The notes under the pieces were generated by a model. The model searched no databases, had not been told where the DNA came from, and was given only the letters and a program-made list of their open reading frames with translations. Shown in pieces: positions 1-6,367 of a stretch of 15,767 nt of DNA. This stretch comes from a virus. Position 1 is the stretch's first letter; every line of letters begins with the position of its first letter. Where the stretch lies: the IMG/VR virus record IMGVR_UViG_3300045988_125934; one strand, written 5' to 3'. Made by a program: the position numbers and the translations under genes.

Positions 1-177
1 TTAAAAAAGTATAGTCAAATACCCCAACGATTTTACATGTCAAAATTAACACCATAAAACTAACCTCCATTTCCTTACACAAATAATACTCCCATAAAAC
101 AATACAAAATCAAGAACAAAAATTAACACCAAAATGAACACCGTTCACCTGGCCCACCAAGCACCACCACTCTCTAT

Positions 178-284
178 CACAACACAAACCACCACACCAA
201 AACTCACCCCACCTCAACACACCAAAACACATACCACGCAATCACACACCAACAAACACAGCACAAAACAAACCACACCCAAAC
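178..284. repeat. C+A-only tract on the + strand, with about 3 G in about 130 nt. It contains degenerate iterons CAC(A)CC(A)AAAC at about 178, 193, 218, 245 and 274. The mirrored copy at 15484-15590 is G+T-only on the + strand.
   Basis: Counted bases. G occurs only in acgca (about 238) and cagca (about 261) between 162 and 290. Repeats cacaccaaaac at 193-203 and 218-228, cacaccaacaaac at 245-257, cacacccaaac at 274-284. Confidence 0.8.
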
Positions 285-339
285 TTTCCAATTATTCATA
301 ACGAAAATACCTCCATAAAAACAAGCAATAAATAAAGCA

Positions 340-370
340 CTATTAATTATAGCTAATATCGGATATAATG
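340..370 (+). promoter_or_regulatory. Inward-facing early promoter candidate. The -10 is TATAAT at 364-369 and the -35 is weak and AT-rich. It drives the 74-aa gene through a leader conserved at both genome ends.
   Basis: Perfect TATAAT 29 nt upstream of the RBS gggggaaag and the ATG at 399. The same element (TACAAT) and leader are mirrored at the right end. Confidence 0.4.
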
Positions 371-398
371 AAACTACCACATAAGGAAAGGGGGAAAG

Positions 399-623
399 AT
401 GAAACAGTATACAGTGGCTTATATCAAGAATGGTGAAGAGTATGCGTATGATAATTATATGGTAGGCGCTACTATTTCCGAAATTCTCGAAGTACTCACC
501 TGGGAGTTTAACCGTTACGGCGTAGACTATGACGAGATCGCTATATGCGAAATGGATAGCGATGAGCCTACTGTCTATTATGAGGTAGTAGAGATCGATG
601 GCAAGTATCAATTAGAAGCATAG
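399..623 (+). CDS. Early small protein of 74 aa. It is strongly acidic (about 17 D/E against 5 K/R). Function unknown.
   Basis: ORF with RBS aaggaaagggggaaag upstream of the ATG. It is the first gene after the left-end promoter. Confidence 0.6.
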   Translation: MKQYTVAYIKNGEEYAYDNYMVGATISEILEVLTWEFNRYGVDYDEIAICEMDSDEPTVYYEVVEIDGKYQLEA

Positions 624-633
624 GGAGGAAATC

Positions 634-798
634 ATGTGCGTCTTAAAAGCAATGGGTGAACGTATCAGTAACGGGGAACTTGAAAAGCATGTAATCTTTA
701 TTATCGCACCAACCATTAATGAATGTTTCGAAGAATTAGTTAAGTATAAAAGCACAAGCGATTTATATATCAAAGTTGATAGTATCTACTTACCTTAG
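634..798 (+). CDS. Early small protein of 54 aa. Function unknown.
   Basis: ATG at 634 preceded by GGGAGG with a 6-nt spacer. It ends at TAG 796-798, directly followed by the next RBS. Confidence 0.5.
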   Translation: MCVLKAMGERISNGELEKHVIFIIAPTINECFEELVKYKSTSDLYIKVDSIYLP

Positions 799-807
799 GA
801 GGAAAAG

Positions 808-990
808 ATGAAAGAGTGTAGAATTGACTACACAATTTAGGGTCACTATTGCGATTCATATTTATCTGTAGAAATTAAAACATCCAATAACGTGAAAATA
901 CCAGAGGAAGCATTTAATAAAGCTATAATGACCGCAATGAACTACTTACTCGAAAACCTAGAAACAATCGACCAGGAAGAGCCCGCATAG
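808..990 (+). pseudogene. Sixty-codon reading frame split by a single in-frame TAG at 838-840. This gives a 10-codon ORF (MKECRIDYTI), then 49 more open codons in the same frame that end 10 nt before the terminator.
   Basis: AGGAGG lies 5 nt upstream of the ATG at 808. The frame 841-990 has no stops and no independent RBS or start. Confidence 0.35.
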
Positions 991-1000
991 GGCTCTTTTT
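977..1000 (+). terminator. Rho-independent terminator: aagagccc-gcata-gggctctt followed by TTTT. It ends the plus-strand left-end module. The TAA stop of the minus-strand ATPase gene lies inside its T-run, so it may act in both directions.
   Basis: An 8-bp GC-rich stem with a 5-nt loop and a T-run on the plus strand. It sits at the junction of convergent transcription. Confidence 0.7.
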
Positions 1001-2054
1001 ATCTCAAGTTCAGCAGTTTACACATCTTAAAATAATTCTCACGCAATACAGGGCTTTCGAACCGTACTACCCCGTTAAGATATAATCTTTTCAACGTGCG
1101 TATAAATTCACGAGAATTTTCTACCGCTATCATGTTTAAGTCATAATCATCAATAGTTAACGCAATAACTTGTTTATCAGACGGTACTTTATCATTAATG
1201 AAATAAATGAAACTACTCTCATCATACCAACAAGCGAAAACATAATCGTTAAACTTAAACCCGTACCTATATTTCGCCGTCGAGGGCTTTTTAGCTATGA
1301 ATTTGTCGGTTGCATTAGTAAACTTATTGCCTGTAATATAATCGCCGTACTTAGTACCATCAGCAATGGCACCGCCTATAGTATTCAACGATTCGTCTTG
1401 GAAAGCCTCAGGAGGTACATAGTCAATAAGCAATACAATATCGGCACCATCTTTTGTTTTACCCAATTTATATTGAGTGTATCCCTTTTTAGGCTCATTG
1501 CTGATATGCAAAAACCTAAACAGCGGGTTTACGATATTACAAGAGTTTGTTAACAAGAAAAATGTTACATCCCGCCTTTTACGTGAGATTGTAATAAGCA
1601 ATGACAGAATAGCCCCAACCTCATCAACCAAATAACCAGGCGGTCTATTATTTTCGCGCAAGTATTCATCCCAAACGATATACTTTACTTTCGGAAATGG
1701 TACACCCTTATAATCTTGATAACGTGAAGCTATTAAGAGATAACAGAACGTTCTCCACTCTGGCTTTTCCTTATCCTTAGTTCGTTTTGCAATTTGATAT
1801 TCAGACCCTACAAGTCTAAAAACATAATCCTTGAACTCTGCATCGGTTGCCACATCTGAAAACACGTACTTTTTAACAGCCTTTAATTCTGGCTCGTAAC
1901 GCCTGATATAAACGCATTCCTCACCGTGTTTGATAAACCGCTTAACACAATGCTTAAGCGTGGTGTATGTTTTTCCGATAGAACGGGCACCTGCCACCAT
2001 TACAATGTTTGCATTGTACGAAAGTGCCTTATTTATGTTCCAATACTTAGCCAT
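999..2054 (-). CDS. DNA packaging ATPase, a phi29 gp16 homologue of 351 aa.
   Basis: Walker A GARSIGKT. Strong resemblance to phi29 gp16 as recalled from memory (LSY...GARGIGKSY...RFIKYGE...YVRRYKPEL and VFDEFIRE). It is the last gene of the late array, as in phi29. Confidence 0.9.
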   Translation of the reverse strand: MAKYWNINKALSYNANIVMVAGARSIGKTYTTLKHCVKRFIKHGEECVYIRRYEPELKAVKKYVFSDVATDAEFKDYVFRLVGSEYQIAKRTKDKEKPEWRTFCYLLIASRYQDYKGVPFPKVKYIVWDEYLRENNRPPGYLVDEVGAILSLLITISRKRRDVTFFLLTNSCNIVNPLFRFLHISNEPKKGYTQYKLGKTKDGADIVLLIDYVPPEAFQDESLNTIGGAIADGTKYGDYITGNKFTNATDKFIAKKPSTAKYRYGFKFNDYVFACWYDESSFIYFINDKVPSDKQVIALTIDDYDLNMIAVENSREFIRTLKRLYLNGVVRFESPVLRENYFKMCKLLNLR

Positions 2055-2057
2055 AGT

Positions 2058-3326
2058 CTATATATTAACATACCGCCTTATCTGCCAACTATTCCAGTTG
2101 TAATTGCCCGCGCAATAAGCATTTGCATCTTCTCGTAATTTCGGACCCTGTCCCGAACCATGTCCTATGCATTGGTTATTGCCTATATACATTTCTACGT
2201 GAGTTGTATTAGAGCCGTAGCCAAAAATAATCAAATCGGCAGGCTGCATCTTATCCTCTGGTAGATTACCACCACTGCCCGTTGCTATCTGTTGCCCCTG
2301 TTCAGCTTGCGCACCTGTCCAGGTACCAATCTCAAGACTACAAACTTTTTGGTAGCAATACCAGCAAAACCCGCTACAGTCGGTATAACCCGATGTTTCA
2401 GGTGATAATCGCCCAGCGCCCTGGCTATACTGAAACTTTCCTAAACAACTTTTTGCAAACTCTACTAATTGTTGCTGTGCTTCGGTGCCTGTAGCATTAC
2501 CGCCGCCCGTGTTTCCACCTGTAATTGCTTCACCTGTATTGTTAAGTGAGGGCTTCCAGGTCTGAGGCGAAACAGGGACACATATAAGCCCGTTTTCGAG
2601 CCCATCGGTGCCATATATTGTAAGCGTATTATTATAAAGTGTTATATGAGATATAACATTCGCTAATTCTTGGGTTCCGCTATTCTCTCCGCCCTCTCCT
2701 GTACCCGCGCCGCCGTTTTGCCCGAAATCAGGCGGCATGCTCTCACCGTCCCATTCGTTCAAACGATTGTAAACGGTAGTATAGCGGTTGCGATATTGCC
2801 CCAATACTCCGTTATTAAGGCATACCTGATAAATTCTATCAAGAGTAGCACTACCCCCCGCCGTTGTCACTACTTTGCCAGCGCTTCTCGGGCTTTGATG
2901 GTACATGCTCATCGCAAAAATTAAGGGCTTGGGGTTATCTTGCGACAACCCCCACCCCTCAAGCGTTGATATATACCCCTCAAAATCAGTTATCGCCTGG
3001 TTTTCTTGCACGATATGTGATTCAGTCGAGGCGAAAGCGTTTGAAACACTTTCGCCCTCCGTCTGATTTAGATATCGTGCGTTCCAATAGCCGCTATTTT
3101 GATCGTTGCTTGATAACGAACTCTTCAAGCTATCAGCCAACATTTCAAAATCAGTCGGGCGCTCTGATTGCATACGGTTTAGCAATGCAGCGGCGCGGGT
3201 GCCGTACCATTGCATCATGCCAATAGTAATTGGATCGTTATAATTAACGGATTGCCAATTCCAATTACTTTCTACTTCACCTATTACATACATGGCATAG
3301 TAGCATATTGTTCTTGTATCAGGCAT
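2058..3326 (-). CDS. Tail-associated peptidoglycan hydrolase, gp13-like (422 aa). The N-terminal domain is lysozyme-like (IC...ES...WQ...GxGxxQW pattern as in phi29 gp13). Two Gly-rich linkers follow. The C-terminal domain is NlpC/P60 or CHAP-type with a Cys/His pair (DCSGF...H).
   Basis: Motif similarity to the phi29 gp13 N-terminal domain. C-terminal SGYTDCSGFCWY...THVEMYIGNNQCIGHGSG. The gene sits immediately upstream of the ATPase gene. Confidence 0.75.
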   Translation of the reverse strand: MPDTRTICYYAMYVIGEVESNWNWQSVNYNDPITIGMMQWYGTRAAALLNRMQSERPTDFEMLADSLKSSLSSNDQNSGYWNARYLNQTEGESVSNAFASTESHIVQENQAITDFEGYISTLEGWGLSQDNPKPLIFAMSMYHQSPRSAGKVVTTAGGSATLDRIYQVCLNNGVLGQYRNRYTTVYNRLNEWDGESMPPDFGQNGGAGTGEGGENSGTQELANVISHITLYNNTLTIYGTDGLENGLICVPVSPQTWKPSLNNTGEAITGGNTGGGNATGTEAQQQLVEFAKSCLGKFQYSQGAGRLSPETSGYTDCSGFCWYCYQKVCSLEIGTWTGAQAEQGQQIATGSGGNLPEDKMQPADLIIFGYGSNTTHVEMYIGNNQCIGHGSGQGPKLREDANAYCAGNYNWNSWQIRRYVNI

Positions 3327-4108
3327 TATTTATCACTAATAGGGCTCAAGTTTAAGTCTTTAACTGTTAACAGCGGTTGCATGAACGATATATTAAATGC
3401 ACCGCTAACTGTGAATTGTTGGTCTGATGACGGATACAAATAAAATTTTCCATCAGTCCCGAGAACAACCCCTTGCGTACCGAAAAAATTATATCCACTA
3501 CCATCTTTAAATGCGATAGCTACACTATTGTATTCGATAGCAGTTGTTGTTGGTATTACTAGGTCGGTTATGAATTGGAAGCCATACATAGTAGTTCCTG
3601 GTATAGTTTGGCGGGTGGCATTTCCAGTATGAGTTATTGACCCAGCCAGTTTAATTAGCGATTTATCGGGGTTGTAAAATATGTAAATAGATTGACCGGA
3701 ATTTACTGAAAAACCGCTAAATTGAGTTACTTTTTCAACACTAAAATTAAAAAGTGAGGATAGGTAATTTTTAGTGCGGGATAAATCGCTATTAGTAGAT
3801 TGTAAGCCACTTTGAAGCGTGCCGATATTGTTATTAGCAGTCTGCAAACCAGATTGCAATGTAGAAATGTCACCGTTTGCAGTTCTCATCTGTGATTGCA
3901 GCGTAGTAATCTGTGTTCCTTGCGAACCTGTTAAAGTCTGCAAAGCGCTAATCTGACCCTGCATCTCTGTAATGTTTTCTGTTGGCACAAGTCCCGCAAC
4001 CTGTGCAAGTGCTGCATCGGTTGCATTTGCGAGTGCGTTATAGTCGGTTACTAGATCGAAAAGCGCCGTGTTTTCAAGCGTTGGCAATGAATAGTTAGTA
4101 GTAGCCAT
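3326..4108 (-). CDS. Tail fibre or receptor-binding protein of about 260 aa. It has five 14-residue coiled-coil repeats (...ISTLQSGLQTANNN / IGTLQSGLQSTNSD...) and a C-terminal beta-rich knob.
   Basis: ATG at 4108 preceded by GAGGAGG with a 9-nt spacer. The ORF-track start at 4141 has no RBS. Heptad-type repeats are visible in the protein and as DNA repeats around 3800-3960. Confidence 0.6.
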   Translation of the reverse strand: MATTNYSLPTLENTALFDLVTDYNALANATDAALAQVAGLVPTENITEMQGQISALQTLTGSQGTQITTLQSQMRTANGDISTLQSGLQTANNNIGTLQSGLQSTNSDLSRTKNYLSSLFNFSVEKVTQFSGFSVNSGQSIYIFYNPDKSLIKLAGSITHTGNATRQTIPGTTMYGFQFITDLVIPTTTAIEYNSVAIAFKDGSGYNFFGTQGVVLGTDGKFYLYPSSDQQFTVSGAFNISFMQPLLTVKDLNLSPISDK

Positions 4109-4112
4109 TGTT

Positions 4113-4769
4113 TTAATCCTCCTCAATATAGGCAAGTGCACCGTACTTCTTTAAATCGGCCCAGGTATGAATAGTCTTGGGGGTTGACGGTGTATATATT
4201 GTATCATCAATCGTGTAGGGCTTGCACCGCGCTAGTACTTGCTCAAAGTTGCCAAAATCAATCAAATCAAGCAGCACCGCAGAATAAATTGCAAGCTGGT
4301 ATAGTGTCCAATCATGCAAAGCAGTAGTCACTTGCGAATAGGTCATCTCACCGTATTTAGTCTTAAATTCAGCGTAAGTTGCCGCGTAAGGCCGCGCCAC
4401 ATTAAACAATTGTTTATTAATATAAGGGGCGTAGCGTTTATTACCATCGACCACAGGGGACAACCACATACTAATACCGGCATAGATGTTAGTAATGCGT
4501 TCATCCAGTTCTTCGTAGTTTTCCGCTATCTGATTTTTCAAAACGTTATATAACGCGTCGGCATATTCTTTAGCTTGCTCTAAATTATCAGCTAGCCCCT
4601 CATCAAGAATAGATTGAGAAATTGCTTCATCGTTTATTTTTAGAATCGCCTGCAAAAGCCACTGAATCTGATCTTCGAGACGAATTGCGTACTTCCAACT
4701 TGGCGGCAAGGGATACTGGTATCCCTGATACGCAAAATCAAAGTCGCTCGGATAATTAAGCATGCTCAT
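4113..4769 (-). CDS. Structural or neck protein of unknown function, 218 aa. It could be a lower-collar/tail-tube protein or a fibre assembly protein.
   Basis: ORF within the co-linear late array, with RBS AAGGAGG 10 nt upstream of the ATG. Confidence 0.55.
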   Translation of the reverse strand: MSMLNYPSDFDFAYQGYQYPLPPSWKYAIRLEDQIQWLLQAILKINDEAISQSILDEGLADNLEQAKEYADALYNVLKNQIAENYEELDERITNIYAGISMWLSPVVDGNKRYAPYINKQLFNVARPYAATYAEFKTKYGEMTYSQVTTALHDWTLYQLAIYSAVLLDLIDFGNFEQVLARCKPYTIDDTIYTPSTPKTIHTWADLKKYGALAYIEED

Positions 4770-4788
4770 TTTTGCGATACCTCCTTTA

Positions 4789-5367
4789 CTAATATACCTG
4801 TATAAAGCACGGTTCTAAGACGCCGAAAACTATTTGTAGTGCATTGTTCACACCTGATAGCCACTCACTTAACGCCGTTGATACCATGTTATTAATACCA
4901 TAATGCGTTGCTTCAGTAGTAGCGTTATTGGTGTTAGTACCTGTCGATTGTGTAACGTTGGTGGCGTAATTTTCGCCGCCGTCCTCATACAATCTATTTT
5001 GCGGTGTGTTAGAAAAAATCTGTTCGCTTTCGTTTCCTGCATTGTTGGTTGTGGTCGATTTATCGCCCGTCATATAAGACAACCAGGTTTCGTCTTGCGC
5101 CGCTTTTTCAAGCGCAATAAAAACGGGATTGATAGCGGACATGTTTTCGTCTAATGTGCGGTTTAAGAAAAATACAAATTGTGTTGACGTTTGGGCGCTT
5201 ATTTTTCTATAACGAAAATGATTGATAATTTTTTCATTCAACCATTCGCGCTTGTTTTCATCCCAGATTGGATAATCTTGCATACCCAAATCATAGCCGT
5301 ACAATCTTAATACACTGTCGAGGTCGGGCGTTTCATAGTAATTATCATAACTACCAGCTACTAACAT
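4789..5367 (-). CDS. Structural protein of unknown function, about 192 aa. It could be a lower-collar or tail protein.
   Basis: ATG at 5367 preceded by GAGGGGTGG. It starts 1 nt after the connector stop. Confidence 0.5.
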   Translation of the reverse strand: MLVAGSYDNYYETPDLDSVLRLYGYDLGMQDYPIWDENKREWLNEKIINHFRYRKISAQTSTQFVFFLNRTLDENMSAINPVFIALEKAAQDETWLSYMTGDKSTTTNNAGNESEQIFSNTPQNRLYEDGGENYATNVTQSTGTNTNNATTEATHYGINNMVSTALSEWLSGVNNALQIVFGVLEPCFIQVY

Positions 5368-5368
5368 T

Positions 5369-6367
5369 TTATAACCACCCCTCATTTCCCGTTAAGGTTG
5401 GGTAACGCGCGTCGTCTGGTTCTGCCATATGGGGCACCGCCCACGATACACTAATAGGCTTCTCCAGCTCAAAGGTTCTATTAGCTTCTTCACAAAAGCG
5501 TTCGCGACACATTAAACGAGAACGGCGCAAAAGCATAATTTGCTCATTGTTGCTCATTGCTTCTTTTGTTTGCACGCGTTCGCGCTTTTCAGTGTTGGAA
5601 TTATCCGCACCGAAAATGGTCATTGCCAGGTCAAGAATTTTCTTTTGGTTATTAAAAATATCTTCCGCAATGTAGGGTGCTTGCGTCTGCATAACCTCAG
5701 GCATTCCCGCGCCTGGTGCGTCATTTACATATAATACCTGGTCATTACGCTCAAGCTTAGAATATAACTCCTGGTTTGACTTTAGAGCCTGCTCCGTTGT
5801 GCGCATAATATAGGGCGTGCGTTGCGCGCCCGTGTTGAGATCGGCTATAGCGTCATACTTTGCCAAACGACGAGCGAAATACTTAATATGAGAATTGAGC
5901 GGGGTACGGCGCATGTTGTCGAACCCTACTACACAATCGCGAGGGCGATACGTTATTTCTTCCCCCTCTCCTGCGATTCCCCAGGGCTGATTGTGTCTAA
6001 TCCAGGTACGCCCTACAGGGCTTACTAGGGTCACTTCGTTTGGGTTGTAATAAAGATTGTACGTGTCAACGGGCGTACACTGTGCAAACAAAAAACCGCC
6101 ACTTTCCTGAAACAGGCCGCCCATTCCCCAATTCAAAAAGATAAATTCTAATGCGCGGGGGTCAATTCCAGCGGGTAAGTTTTCCCACTTAAAAGCTGCA
6201 AGGGCGATATTACTTAAATAATCTTCCCAGAACATGAACGCCTGGTTATCGTAGTATTCATATTTATTGGAATACTTTTCGCGTATCCAATTGCGCCCTA
6301 TTGCCATATCTGATAGCGGAATAGGGTAGTCCGTCGGGTACTCTCCAGGTTTTAATTGTTTAGTCAT
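5369..6367 (-). CDS. Head-tail connector (portal), a phi29 gp10 homologue of about 332 aa.
   Basis: Matches to phi29 gp10 as recalled from memory: FKWENLPAGIDP against FEWENLPPTINP, GAQRTPYIMR against NAQKTPVLIR, MTIFGADNSNTEKRERVQTKEAMSNNEQI against [29 protein letters not shown]. ATG at 6367 with a GGGGG RBS. Confidence 0.9.
   Translation of the reverse strand: MTKQLKPGEYPTDYPIPLSDMAIGRNWIREKYSNKYEYYDNQAFMFWEDYLSNIALAAFKWENLPAGIDPRALEFIFLNWGMGGLFQESGGFLFAQCTPVDTYNLYYNPNEVTLVSPVGRTWIRHNQPWGIAGEGEEITYRPRDCVVGFDNMRRTPLNSHIKYFARRLAKYDAIADLNTGAQRTPYIMRTTEQALKSNQELYSKLERNDQVLYVNDAPGAGMPEVMQTQAPYIAEDIFNNQKKILDLAMTIFGADNSNTEKRERVQTKEAMSNNEQIMLLRRSRLMCRERFCEEANRTFELEKPISVSWAVPHMAEPDDARYPTLTGNEGWL

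Larger units (their letters stand above)
1..398. repeat. Left inverted terminal repeat: 1-325 is the perfect reverse complement of 15443-15767. Bases 326-398 are imperfectly homologous to the right end and contain the shared promoter and 5' leader. Probable protein-primed replication origin.
   Basis: Direct reverse-complement comparison of the two window ends. The window starts ttaaaaaagtatagtc and ends gactatacttttttaa. Homology resumes at tattaattatagc and at aatgaaactaccacataagg(g)aaagggg(g)aaag just before the first ATG at each end. Confidence 0.95.

Noticed and set aside
204-611. 135-aa minus-strand ORF spanning the left ITR boundary
   Set aside because: It is a chimera. Its upstream two-thirds is antisense to the well-supported 74-aa plus-strand gene (399-623) and has no RBS. 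Only the last 31 codons (204-299), which are the ITR-embedded mini-ORF with its own RBS, were kept as a low-confidence item.
4109-4141. N-terminal 11 codons of the fibre ORF, and similar 5' extensions of the 198-aa ORF (5368-5385) and the connector ORF (GTG at 6376)
   Set aside because: Internal ATGs with good SD sequences (GAGGAGG, GAGGGGTGG, GGGGG) that abut the upstream stop codons are better starts. The extensions overlap upstream genes and have no RBS.
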